A DNA stretch of 64,000 nt from Eledone cirrhosa (Eukaryota), in assembly GCA_964016885.1 (NCBI GenBank), contig OZ024744.1, positions 24,242,001 to 24,306,000 of the forward strand, read 5' to 3'. The notes below the pieces were generated by a model that had not been told where the DNA came from, searched no databases, and saw only the letters and a program-made list of their open reading frames with translations. Both the position numbers and the translations under genes were made by a program. This document shows, piece by piece, positions 15,001 to 28,700 of the stretch (the stretch's first letter is position 1; the number at the start of each line of letters is the position of its first letter).

Positions 15001-18000
15001 AACAACAGTTGAATCTTAAGATAAAACACGTTTTAACAACAGTTGAATCTTAAGAACTGAGTCGTTTTAACAACAGTTGAATCTTAAGAACTGATTCGTT
15101 TTAACAACAGTTCAAACTTAAGAACAGACTCGTATTAACAACAGTTGAATCTTATTATAAAACTCATTTTAACAACAGTTCAACCTTAAGAACTGACTCG
15201 TTTTAACAACAGTTGAATCTTCAAATAAACCTCGTTTTAACAACAGTTGCATCTTAAGAACTGGCTCGTTTAAACAACAGTTGAATCTTAAGATAAAACT
15301 CGTTTTAACAACAGTTGAATCTTAAGAACTGACTCGTTTTAACAACAGTTGAATCTTCAAATAAAACTCGTTTTAACAACAGTTGAATCTTAAGAACTGA
15401 CTCATTTTAACAACAGTTGAATCTTAAGATAAAATTCGTTTTAACAACAGTTGAATCTTAAGAACTAATTCGTTTTAACAACAGTTCAAACTTAAGAACA
15501 GACTCGTATTAACAACAGTTGAATCTTATTATAAAACTCATTTTAACAACAGTTCAACCTTAAGAACTGACTCGTTTTAACCACAGTTGAATCTTCAAAT
15601 AAACCTCGTTTTAACAACAGTTGCATCTTAAGAACTGGCTCGTTTAAACAACAGTTGAATCTTAAGATAAAACCCGTTTTAACAACAGTTGAATCTTAAG
15701 AACTGACTCGTTTTAACAACAGTTGAATCTTCAAATAAAACTCGTTTTAACAACAGTTGAATCTTAAGAACTGACTCGTTTTAACAACAGTTCAACCTTA
15801 AAACTGACTCGTTTTAACAACAGTTGAATCTTCAAATAAAACTCGTTTTAACAACAGTTGAATCTTAAGAATTGACTCGTTTTAACAACAGTTGAATCTT
15901 AAGACAAAACCCGTTTTAACAACAGTTGAATCTTAAGAACTGACTCTTTTAACAACAGTTGAATCTTAAGATAAAACTAGTTTTAACAACAGTTGAATCT
16001 TAAGAACTGACTCGTTTTATCAACAGTTGAATCTTAAGATAAACTCGTTTTAACAACAGTTGAATCTTAAGTACTGACTCGTTTTAACAACAGTTGAATC
16101 TTCAAATAAAACTCGTTTTAACAACAGTTGAATCTTAAGAACTGACTCGTTTTAACAACAGTTCAACCTTAAGAACTGACTCGTTTTAACAACAGTTGAA
16201 TCTTCAAATAAAACTCGTTTTAACAACAGTTGAATCTTAAGAACTGACTCGTTTTAACAACAGCTGAATCTTAAGATAAAACTCGTATTAACAACAGTTG
16301 AATCTTAAGAACTGACTCGTTTTAACAACAGTTGAATCTTAAGAACTGACTCGTTTTATAAACAGTTCAACCTCAAGAACTGACTCGTTTTAACAACAGT
16401 TGAATCTTAAAAACGGACTCGTTTTAACCGCAGCTGAATCTTATAAAACAACTCGTTTTAACAACAGTTGAATCTTCAGATAAAACTCGTTTTAACAACA
16501 GATGATTCTCAAGAACTGACTCGTTTTAACAACAGTTGAATCTTAAGATAAAACTCGTTTTAACAACAGTTGAATCTTAAGAACTGACTCGTATTAACAA
16601 CAGTTCAACCTTAAGAACTGACTCGTTTTAACAACTGTTGAATCTTCAAATAAAACTCGTTTTAACAACAGTTGAATCTTAAGAATTGACTCGTTTTAAC
16701 GACAATTAAATCTTAAGACAAAACCCGTTTTAACAACAGTTAAATCTTAAGAACTGACTCGTTTTAACAACAGTTGAATCTTAAGATAAAATTCGTTTTA
16801 ACAACAGTTGAATCTTAAGAACTAATTCGTTTTAACAACAGTTCAAACTTAAGAACAGACTCGTATTAACAACAGTTGAATCTTATTATAAAACTCATTT
16901 TAACAACAGTTCAACCTTAAGAACTGACTCGTTTTAACAACAGTTGAATCTTCAAATAAACCTCGTTTTAACAACAGTTGCATCTTAAGAACTGGCTCGT
17001 TTAAACAACAGTTGAATCTTAAGATAAAACTCGTTTTAACAACAGTTGAATCTTAAGAACTGACTCGTTTTAACAACAGTTGAATCTTCAAATAAAACTC
17101 GTTTTAACAACAGTTGAATCTTAAGAACTGACTCGTTTTAACAACAGTTCAACCTTAAGAACTGACTCGTTTTAACAACAGTTGAATCTTCAAATAAAAC
17201 TCGTTTTAACAACAGTTGAATCTTAAGATAAACCTCGTTTTAACAACAGTTGAATCTTAAGAATTGACTCGTTTTAACAACAGTTGAATCTTAAGACAAA
17301 ACCCGTTTTAACAACAGTTGAATCTTAAGAACTGACTCGTTTTAACAACAGTTGAATCTTAAGATAAAACTCGTTTTAACAACAGTTGAATCTTAAGAAC
17401 TGACTCGTTTTATCAACAGTTGAATCTTAAGATAAACTCGTTTTAACAACAGTTGAATCTTAAGAACTGACTCGTTTTAACAACAATTGAATATTAAAAA
17501 CTGACTAGTTTTAACCGCAGCTGAATCTTATAATACAACTCGTTTTAACAACAGTTGAATCTTCAGATAAAACTCGTTTTAACAACAGATGATTCTCAAG
17601 AACTGACTCGTTTTAACAACAGTTGAATCTTAAGATAAAACTCGTTTTAACAACAGTTGAATCTTAAGAACTGACTCGTATTAACAACAATTGAATCTTA
17701 AGATAACATTCGTTTTAACAACAGTTGCATCTTAAGAACTGACTCGTTTTAACGACAGTTGAATCTTAAGATAAACCTCGTTTTAACAACGGTTGAATCT
17801 TAAGAACTGACTCGTTTTATCAACAGTTCAACCTTAAGAACTGACTCATTTTAACAACAGTTGAATCCTCAAATAAAACTCGTTTTAACAACAGTTGAAT
17901 GTTAAGAACTGATTCGTTTTAACAACAGCTGAATCTTAAGATAAACTCGTTTTAACAACAGTTGAATCTTAAGATAAACCTCGTTTTAACAACAGTTTAA

Positions 18001-18600
18001 TCTTAAGAACTGACTCGTTATAACAACAGTTGAATCTTAAGATAAAATTCGTTTTAACAACAGTTGAATCTTAAGAGCTGATTCGTTTTAACAACAGTTC
18101 AAACTTAAGAACTGACTCGTTTTAACAACAGTTGAATCTTAAGATAAAACTCGTTTTAACAACAGTTGAATCTTAAGAACTGACTCGTTTTAACAACAGT
18201 TGAATCTTAAGAACTGACTCGTTTTAACAACAGTTGAATCTTATGATAAAACCCATTTTAACAACAGTTGAATCTTAAGATTTAACTAGTTTTAACAACA
18301 GTTGAATCTTAAGAACTGATTCGTTTTAACAACAGTTCAAACTTAAGAACTGACTCGTATAAAGAACAGTTGAATCTTATTATAAAACTCATTTTAACAA
18401 CAGTTGAATCTTAAGAACTGATTCGTTTTAACAACAGATGAATCTTAAGATAAACCTCGTTTTAACAACAATTGCATCTTAAGAACTGGCTCGTTTAAAC
18501 AACAGTTGAATCTTAAGATAAAACACGTTTTAACAACAGTTGAATCTTAAGAACTGAGTCGTTTTAACAACAGTTGAATCTTAAGATAAACTCGTTTTAA
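1..18600. repeat. HOR domain I: 70-mer (2,379 bp) higher-order repeat with shorter derivatives
   Basis: Landmark CCGCAGCTG at 1343, 3722, 6101, 7868, 8955, 10585, 12930, 14051, 16428, 17515. Spacings 2379, 2379, 1767, 1087, 1630, 2345, 1121, 2377, 1087 equal 70, 70, 52, 32, 48, 69, 33, 70, 32 monomers minus 1-3 bp. Typical alleles are AAAAACGGACTC and TTATAAAACAACTC. Confidence 0.88.
5190..8720. repeat. Recent tandem duplication of a 52-monomer (1,767 bp) segment
   Basis: Rare variants recur at +1,767: CTCCTTTT 6431/8198, GACAATT 6374/8141, AAACTTCG about 6631/8398, CCGC 6101/7868. Confidence 0.85.
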
Positions 18601-21600
18601 CAACAGTTGAATCTTAAGAACTGACTCGTTTTAACAACAGCTGAATCTTAAGATAAAAGTCGTTTTAACAACAGTTGAATCTTAAGAACTGACTCGTTTT
18701 AACAACAGTTCAACCTTAAGAACTGACTCGTTTTAACAACTGTTGAATCTTCAAATAAAACTCGTTTTAACAACAGTTGAATCTTAAGAACAGACTCGTA
18801 TTAACAACAGTTGAATCTTATTATAAAACTCATTTTAACAACAGTTCAACCTTAAGAACTGACTCGTTTTAACAACAGTTAAATCTTCAAATAAACCTCG
18901 TTTTAACAACAGTTGCATCTTAAGAACTGGCTCGTTTAAACAACAGTTGAATCTTAAGATAAAACTCGTTTTAACAACAGTTGAATCTTAAGAACTGACT
19001 CGTTTTAACAACAGTTGAATCTTCAAATAAAACTCGTTTTAACAACAGTTGAATCTTAAGAACTGACTCATTTTAACAACAGTTGAATCTTAAGATAAAA
19101 TTCGTTTTAACAACAGTTGAATCTTAAGAACTAATTCGTTTTAACAACAGTTCAAACTTAAGAACAGACTCGTATTAACAACAGTTGAATCTTATTATAA
19201 AACTCATTTTAACAACAGTTCAACCTTAAGAACTGACTCGTTTTAACAACAGTTGAATCTTTAAATAAACCTCGTTTTAACAACAGTTGCATCTTAAGAA
19301 CTGGCTCGTTTAAACAACAGTTGAATCTTATGATAAAACTCGTTTTAACAACAGTTGAATCTTAAGAACTGACTCGTTTTAACAACAGTTGAATCTTCAA
19401 ATAAAACTCGTTTTAACAACAGTTGAATCTTAAGAACTGACTCGTTTTAACAACAGTTCAACCTTAAGAACTGACTCGTTTTAACAACAGTTGAATCTTC
19501 AAATAAAACTCGTTTTAACAACAGTTGAATCTTAAGAACTGACTCGTTTTAACAACAGCTGAATCTTAAGATAAAACTCGTTTTAACAACAGTTGAATCT
19601 TAAGAACTGACTCGTTTTATAAACAGTTCAACCTTAAGAACTGACTCGTTTTAACAACAGTTGAATCTTAAAAACGGACTCGTTTTAACCGCAGCTGAAT
19701 CTTATAATACAACTCGTTTTAACAACAGTTGAATCTTCAGATAAAACTCGTTTTAACAACAGATGATTCTCAAGAACTGACTCGTTTTAACAACAGTTGA
19801 ATCTTAAGATAAAACTCGTTTTAACAACAGTTGAATCTTAAGAACTGACTCGTATTAACAACAATTGAATCTTAAGATAACATTCGTTTTAACAACAGTT
19901 GCATCTTAAGAACTGACTCGTTTTAACGACAGTTGAATCTTAAGATAAACCTCGTTTTAACAACGGTTGAATCTTAAGAACTGACTCGTTTTAACAACAG
20001 TTGAATCTTCAAATAAAACTCGTTTTAACAACAGTTGAATGTTAAGAACTGATTCGTTTTAACAACAGCTGAATCTTAAGATAAACTCGTTTTAACAACA
20101 GTTGAATCTTAAGATAAACCTCGTTTTAACAACAGTTTAATCTTAAGAACAGACTCGTTTTAACAACAGTTGAATCTTAAGATAAAATTCGTTTTAACAA
20201 CAGTTGAATCTTAAGAACTGATTCGTTTTAACAACAGTTCAAACTTAAGAACTGACTCGTTTTAACAACAGTTGAATCTTAAGATAAAACTCGTTTTAAC
20301 AACAGTTGAATCTTAAGAACTGATTCGTATTAACAACAGTTGAATATTAAGATAAAACTCGTTTTAACAACAGTTAAATCTTAAGAACTGACTCGTTTTA
20401 ACAACAGTTGAATCTTAAGATAAAACTCGTTTTAACAACAGTTGAATCTTAAGAACTGTCTCGTTTTAACAACAGTTGAATCTTAAGAACTTACTCGTTT
20501 TAACAACAGTTGAATCTTATGATAAAACTCATTTTAACAACAGTTGAATCTTAAGATAAAACTCGTTTTAACAACAGTTGAATCTTAAGAACTGACTCGT
20601 TTTAACAACAGTTGAATCTTAAGATAAAACTCGTTTTAACAACAGTTGAATCTTAAGAACTGACTCGTTTTAACAACAGTTGAATCTTAAGAACTAACTC
20701 GTTTTAACAACAGTTGAATATTAAGAACTGATTCGTTTTAACAGCAGTTGAATCTTAATATAAAACTCATTTTAACAACAGTTGAATCTTAAGATAAAAC
20801 TTGTTTTAACAACAGTTGAATCTTAAGAACTGACTCGTTTTAATAACAGTTGAATCTTAAGATAGAACTCGTTTTAACAACAGTTGAATCTTAAGAACTG
20901 ACTCGTTTTATCAACAGTTCAACCTTAAGAACTGACTCATTTTAACAACAGTTGAATCTTCAAATAAAACTCGTTTTAACAACAGTTGAATGTTAAGAAC
21001 TGAATCGTTTTAACAACAGCTGAATCTTAAGATAAACTCGTTTTAACAACAGTTGAATCTTAAGATAAACCTCGTTTTAACAACAGTTGAATCTTAAGAA
21101 CTGACTCATTTTAACAACAGTTGAATCTTAAGATAAAACATCATTTTAACAACAGTTGAATCTTAAGAACTGACTCGTTTTAACAACAATTTAACCTTAA
21201 GAACTGACTCGTTTTAACAACAGTTGAATCTTAAGAACTGACTCGTTTTAACAACAGTTGAATCTTCAAATAAAACTCGTTTTAACAACAGTTGAATCTT
21301 AAGAACTGACTCGATTTAACAACAGTTGAGTCTTAAGATAAAACTCGTTTTAACAACAGTTGAATCTTAAGAACTGACTCGTTTTAACAACAGCTGAATC
21401 TTAAGATAAAACTCGTTTTAACAACAGTTGAATCTTAAGAACTGACTCGTTTTAACAACAGTTCAACCTTAAGAACTGACTCGTTTTAACAACTGTTGAA
21501 TATTCAAATAAAACTCGTTTTAACAACAGTTGAATCTTAAGAATTGACTCGTTTTAACAACAATTAAATCTTAAGACAAAACCCGTTTTAACAACAGTTG

Positions 21601-22700
21601 AATCTTAAGAACTGACTCGTTTTAACAACAGTTGAATCTTAAGATAAAATTCGTTTTAACAACAGTTGAATCTTAAGAACTGATTCGTTTTAACAACAGT
21701 TCAAACTTAAGAACAGACTCGTTTTAACAACAGTTGAATCTTCAAATAAAACTCGTTTTAACAACAGTTGAATCTTAAGAATTGACTCGTTTTAACAACA
21801 GTTGAATCTTAAGACAAAACCCGTTTTAACAACAGTTGAATCTTAAGAACTGACTCGTTTTAACAACAGTTGAATCTTAAGATAAAACTCGTTTTAACAA
21901 CAGTTGAATCTTAAGGACTGACTCGTTTTAACAACAGTTGAATCTTAAGATAAACTCGTTTTAACAACAGTTGAATTTTAAGAACTGACTCGTTTTAACA
22001 ACAGCTGAATCTTAAGATAAAACTCGTATTAACAACAGTTGCATCTTAAGAACTGACTCGTTTTAACAACAGTTGAATCTTAAGAACTGACTCGTTTTAT
22101 AAACAGTTCAACCTTAGGAACTGACTCGTTTTAACAACAGTTGAATCTTAAAAACTGACTCGTTTTAACCGCAGCTGAATCTTATAATACAACTCGTTTT
22201 AACAACAGTTGAATCTTCAGATAAAACCCGTTTTAACAACAGATGATTCTCAAGAACTGACTCGTTTTAACAACAGTTGAATCTTAAGATAAAACTCGTT
22301 TTAGCAACAGTTGAATCTTAAGAACTGACTCGTAATAACAACAATTGAATCTTAAGATAACATTCGTTTTAACAACAGTTGCGTCTTAAGAACTGACTCG
22401 TTTTAACGACAGTTGAATCTTAAGATAAACCTCGTTTTAACAACGGTTGAATCTTAAGAACTGACTCGTTTTATCAACAGTTCAACCTTAAGAACTGACT
22501 CATTTTAACAACAGTTGAATCTTCAAATAAAACTCGTTTTAACAACAGTTGAATGTTAAGAACTGATTCGTTTTAACAACAGCTGAATCTTAAGATAAAC
22601 TCGTTTTAACAACAGTTGAATCTTAAGATAAACCTCGTTTTAACAACAGTTTAATCTTAAGAACTGACTCGTTTTAACAACAGTTGAATCTTAAGATAAA
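18600..22700. repeat. Transitional, less ordered segment between HOR domains I and II
   Basis: Mixed alleles (CGGACTC with TAATACAACTC at about 19675-19715), first appearance of domain II alleles (GATAGAACTC, TTAATATAAAAC, GCGTC), and several singleton variants. Confidence 0.65.
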
Positions 22701-25700
22701 ATTCGTTTTAACAACAGTTGAATCTTAAGAACTGATTCGTTTTAACAACAGTTCAAACTTAAGAACTGACTCGTTTTAACAACAGTTGAATCTTAAGAAC
22801 TGTCTCGTTTTAACAACAGTTGAGTCTTAAGAACTTACTCGTTTTAACAACAGTTGAATCTTATGATAAAACTCATTTTAACAACAGTTGAATCTTAAGA
22901 TAAAACTCGTTTTAACAACAGTTGAATCTTAAGAACTGACTCGTTTTAACAACAGTTGAATCTTAAGATAAAACTCGTTTTAACAGCAGTTGAATCTTAA
23001 GAACTGACTCGTTTTAACAACAGTTGAATCTTAAGAACTGACTCGTTTTATAAACAGTTCAACCTTAAGAACTGACTCGTTTTAACAACAGTTGAATATT
23101 AAGAACTGATTCGTTTTAACAGCAGTTGAATCTTAATATAAAACTCGTTTTAACAACAGTTGAATCTTAAGAACTGACTCGTTTTAATAACAGTTGAATC
23201 TTAAGATAGAACTCGTTTTAACAACAGTTGAATCTTAAGAACTGACTCGTTTTAACAACAGCTGAATTTTAAGATAAAACTCGTTTTAACAACAGTTGAA
23301 TCTTAATAACTGACTTGTTTTATCAACAGTTCAACCTTAAGAACTGACTCATTTTAACAACAGTTGAATCTTCAAATAAAACTCGTTTTAACAACAGTTG
23401 AATGTTAAGAACTGAATCGTTTTAACAACAGCTGAATCTTAAGATAAACTCGTTTTAACAACAGTTGAATCTTAAGATAAACCTCGTTTTAACAACAGTT
23501 TAATCTTAAGAACTGAATCGTTTTAACAACAGTTGAATCTTAAGATAAAATCCGTTTTAACAATAGTTGAATCTTAAGAACTGATTCGTTTTAACAACAG
23601 TTCAAACTTAAGAACTGACTCGTTTTAACAACAGCTGAATCTTAAGATGAAACTCGTTTTAACAACAGTTGAATCTTAAGAACTGACTCATTTTAACAAC
23701 AGTTGAATCTTAAGATAAAATTTCATTTTAACAACAGTTGAATCTTGAAATAAAACTCGTTTTAACAACAGTTGAATCTTAAGAACTGACTCGTTTTAAC
23801 AACAGTTGAATCTTAAGAACTGACTCGTTTTAACAACAATTCAACCTTAAGAACTGACTCGTTTTAACAACAGTTGAATCTTAAGAACTGACTCGTTTTA
23901 ACAACAGTTGAATCTTCAAATAAAACTCGTTTTAACAACAGTTGAATCTTAAGAACTGACTCGTTTTAACAACAGTTGAGTCTTAAGATAAAACTCGTTT
24001 TAACAACAGTTGAATCTTAAGAACTGACTCGTTTTAACAACAGCTGAATCTTAAGATAAAACTCGTTTTAACAACAGTTGAATCTTAAGAACTGACTCGT
24101 TTTAAAAACAGTTCAACCTTAAGAACTGACTCGTTTTAACAACTGTTGAATCTTCAAATAAAACTCGTTTTAACAACAGTTGAATCTTAAGAATTGACTC
24201 GTTTTAACAACAATTAAATCTTAAGAACTGATTCGTTTTAACAACAGTTGAGTCTTAAGATAAAACTCGTTTTAACAACAGTTGAATCTTAAGTACTGAC
24301 TCGTTTTAACAACAGTTGAATCTTAAGATAAAATTCGTTTTAACAACAGTTAAATCTTAAGAACTGATTCGTTTTAACAACAGTTCAAACTTAAGAACAG
24401 ACTCGTATTAACAACAGTTGAATCTTATTATAAAACTCATTTTAACAACACTTCAACCTTAAGAACTGACTCGTTTTAACAACAGTTGAATCTTCAAGTA
24501 AACCTCGTTTTAACAACAGTTGCATCTTAAGAACTGGCTCGTTTAAACAACAGTTGAATCTTAAGATAAAACTCGTTTTAACAACAGTTGAATCTTAAGA
24601 ACTGACTCGTTTTAACAACAGTTGAATCTTCAAATAAAACTCGTTTTAACAACAGTTGAATCTTAAGAACTGACTCGTTTTAACAACAGTTGAATCTTAA
24701 GATAAAACTCGTTTTAACAACAGTTGAATCTTAAGAACTAATTCGTTTTAACAACAGTTCAAACTTAAGAACAGACTCGTATTAACAACTGTTGAATCTT
24801 ATTATAAAACTCATTTTAACAACAGTTCAACCTTAAGAACTGACTCGTTTTAACAACAGTTGAATCTTCAAATAAACCTCGTTTTAACAACAGTTGCATC
24901 TTAAGAACTGGCTCGTTTAAACAACAGTTGAATCTTAAGATAAAACTCGTTTTAACAACAGTTGAATCTTAAGAACTGACTCGTTTTAACAACAGTTGAA
25001 TCTTCAAATAAAACTCGTTTTAACAACAGTTGAATCTTAAGAACTGACTCGTTTTAACAGCAGTCCAACCTTAAGAACTGACTCGTTTTAACAACAGTTG
25101 AATCTTCAAATAAAACTCGTTTTAACAACAGTTGAATCTTAAGAATTGACTCGTTTTAACAACAGTTGAATCTTAAGACAAAACCCGTTTTAACAACAGT
25201 TGAATCTTAAGAACTGACTCGTTTTAACAACAGTTGAATCTTAAGATAAAACTCGTTTTAACAACAGTTGAATCTTAAGAACTGACTCGTTTTAACAACA
25301 GTTGAATCTTAAGATAAACTCGTTTTAACAACAGTTGAATTTTAAGAACTGACTCGTTTTAACAACAGCTGCATCTTAAGATAAAACTCGTATTAACAAC
25401 AGTTGAATCATAAGAACTGACTCGTTTTAACAACAGTTGAATCTTAAGAACTGACTCGTTTTATAAACAGTTCAACCTTAAGAACTGACTCGTTTTAACA
25501 ACAGTTGAATCTTAAAAACTGACTCGTTTTAACCGCAGCTGAATCTTATAATACAACTCTTTTTAACAACAGTTGAATCTTCAGATAAAACTCGTTTTAA
25601 CAACAGATGATTCTCAAGAACTGACTCGTTTTAACAACAGTTGAATCTTAAGATAAAACTCGTTTTAGCAACAGTTGAATCTTAAGAACTGACTCGTAAT

Positions 25701-28700
25701 AACAACAATTGAATCTTAAGATAACATTCGTTTTAACAACAGTTGCGTCTTAAGAACTGACTCGTTTTAACGACAGTTGAATCTTAAGATAAACCTCGTT
25801 TTAACAACGGTTGAATCTTAAGAACTGACTCGTTTTATCAACAGTTCAACCTTAAGAACTGACTCATTTTAACAACAGTTAAATCTTCAAATAAAACCCG
25901 TTTTAACAACAGTTGAATGTTAAGAACTGATTCGTTTTAACAACAGCAGAATCTTAAGAACTGACTCGTTTTAACAACAGTTGAATCTTAAGATAAAATT
26001 CGTTTTAACAACAGTTGAATCTTAAGAACTGATTCGTTTTAACAACAGTTCAAACTTAAGAACTGACTCGTTTTAACAACAGTTGAATCTTAAGATAAAA
26101 CTCGTTTTAACAACAGTTGAATCTTAAGAACTGTCTCGTTTTAACAACAGTTGAATCTTAAGAACTGACTCGTTTTAACAACAGTTGAATCTTAAGATAA
26201 AACTCGTTTTAACAACAGTTGAATCTTAAGAACTGACTCGTTTTAACAACAGTTGAATCTTAAGATAAAACTCGTTTTAACAACAGTTGAATCTTAAGAA
26301 CTGACTCGTTTTAACAACAGTTGAATATTAAGAACTGATTCGTTTTAACAGCAGTTGAATCTTAATATAAAACTCGTTTTAACAACAGTTGAATCTTAAG
26401 ATAAACCTCGTTTTAACAACGGTTGAATCTTAAGAACTGACTCGTTTTATCAACAGTTCAACCTTAAGAACTGACTCATTTTAACAACAGTTGAATCTTC
26501 AAATAAAACTCGTTTTAACAACAGTTGAATGTTAAGAACTGATTCGTTTTAACAACAGCTGAATCTTAAGATAAACTCGTTTTAACAACAGTTGAATCTT
26601 AAGATAAACCTCGTTTTAACAACAGTTTAATCTTAAGAACTGACTCGTTTTAACAACAGTTGAATCTTAAGAACTGATTCGTTTTAACAACAGTTCAAAC
26701 TTAAGAACTGACTCGTTTTAACAACAGTTGAATCTTAAGAACTGTCTCGTTTTAACAACAGTTGAATCTTAAGAACTTACTCGTTTTAACAACAGTTGAA
26801 TCTTATGATAAAACTCATTTTAACAACAGTTGAATCTTAAGATAAAACTCGTTTTAACAACAGTTGAATCTTAAGAACTGACTCGTTTTAACAACAGTTG
26901 AATCTTAAGATAAAACTCGTTTTAACAGCAGTTGAATCTTAAGAACTGACTCGTTTTAACAACAGTTGAATCTTAAGAACTGACTCGTTTTATAAACAGT
27001 TCAACCTTAAGAACTGACTCGTTTTAACAACAGTTGAATATTAAGAACTGATTCGTTTTAACAGCAGTTGAATCTTAATATAAAACTCGTTTTAACAACA
27101 GTTGAATCTTAAGATAAAACTAGTTTTAACAACAGTTGAATCTTAAGAACTGACTCGTTTTAATAACAGTTGAATCTTAAGATAGAACTCGTTTTAACAA
27201 CAGTTGAATCTTAAGAACTGACTCGTTTTAACAACAGTTGAATTTTAAGATAAAACTCGTTTTAACAACAGTTGAATCTTAATAACTGACTTGTTTTATC
27301 AACAGTTCAACCTTAAGAACTGACTCATTTTAACAACAGTTGAATCTTCAAATAAAACTCGTTTTAACAACAGTTGAATGTTAAGAACTGAATCGTTTTA
27401 ACAACAGCTGAATCTTAAGATAAACTCGTTTTAACAACAGTTGAATCTTAAGATAAACCTCGTTTTAACAACAGTTTAATCTTAAGAACTGAATCGTTTT
27501 AACAACAGTTGAATCTTAAGATAAAATCCGTTTTAACAATAGTTGAATCTTAAGAACTGATTCGTTTTTACAACAGTTCAAACTTAAGAACTGACTCGTT
27601 TTAACAACAGCTGAATCTTAAGATGAAACTCGTTTTAACAACAGTTGAATCTTAAGAACTGACTCATTTTAACAACAGTTGAATCTTAAGATAAAATTTC
27701 ATTTTAACAACAGTTGAATCTTGAAATAAAACTCGTTTTAACAACAGTTGAATCTTAAGAACTGACTCGTTTTAACAACAGTTGAATCTTAAGAACTGAC
27801 TCGTTTTAACAACAATTCAACCTTAAGAACTGACTCGTTTTAACAACAGTTGAATCTTAAGAACTGACTCGTTTTAACAACAGTTGAATCTTCAAATAAA
27901 ACTCGTTTTAACAACAGTTGAATCTTAAGAACTGACTCGTTTTAACAACAGTTGAGTCTTAAGATAAAACTCGTTTTAACAACAGTTGAATCTTAAGAAC
28001 TGACTCGTTTTAACAACAGCTGAATCTTAAGATAAAACTCGTGTTAACAACAGTTGAATCTTAAGAACTGACTCGTTTTAACAACAGTTCAACCTTAAGA
28101 ACTGACTCGTTTTAACAACTGTTGAATCTTCAAATAAAACTCGTTTTAACAACAGTTGAATCTTAAGAATTGACTCGTTTTAACAACAATTAAATCTTAA
28201 GAACTGATTCGTTTTAACAAAAGTTGAGTCTTAAGATAAAACTCGTTTTAACAACAGTTGAATCTTAAGTACTGACTCGTTTTAACAACAGTTGAATCTT
28301 AAGATAAAATTCGTTTTAACAACAGTTGAATCTTAAGAACTGATTCGTTTTAACAACAGTTCAAACTTAAGAACAGACTCGTATTAACAACAGTTGAATC
28401 TTATTATAAAACTCATTTTAACAACAGTTCAACCTTAAGAACTGACTCGTTTTAACAACAGTTGAATTTTCAAGTAAACCTCGTTTTAACAACAGTTGCA
28501 TCTTAAGAACTGGCTCGTTTAAACAACAGTTGAATCTTAAGATAAAACTCGTTTTAACAACAGTTGAATCATAAGAACTGACTCGTTTTAACAACAGTTG
28601 AATCTTCAAATAAAACTCGTTTTAACAACAGTTGAATCTTAAGAACTGACTCGTTTTAACAACAGTTGAATCTTAAGATAAAACTCGTTTTAACAACAGT

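Noticed and set aside
15795-15950. Two private 1-bp deletions (CCTTAAAACTG and GACTCTTTTAAC) in one 70-mer copy
   Set aside because: Singletons beside homopolymer runs; they may be consensus errors and have no evident meaning.
28418-28609. 63-aa minus-strand ORF from the ORF track
   Set aside because: It is a translation of about 5.6 satellite monomers with a recurring peptide pattern (QLLLKR, STVVKTS, NCC). It is open only because local variants remove stops; TTAA gives TAA on both strands and the 34-bp period rotates frames. No gene context.
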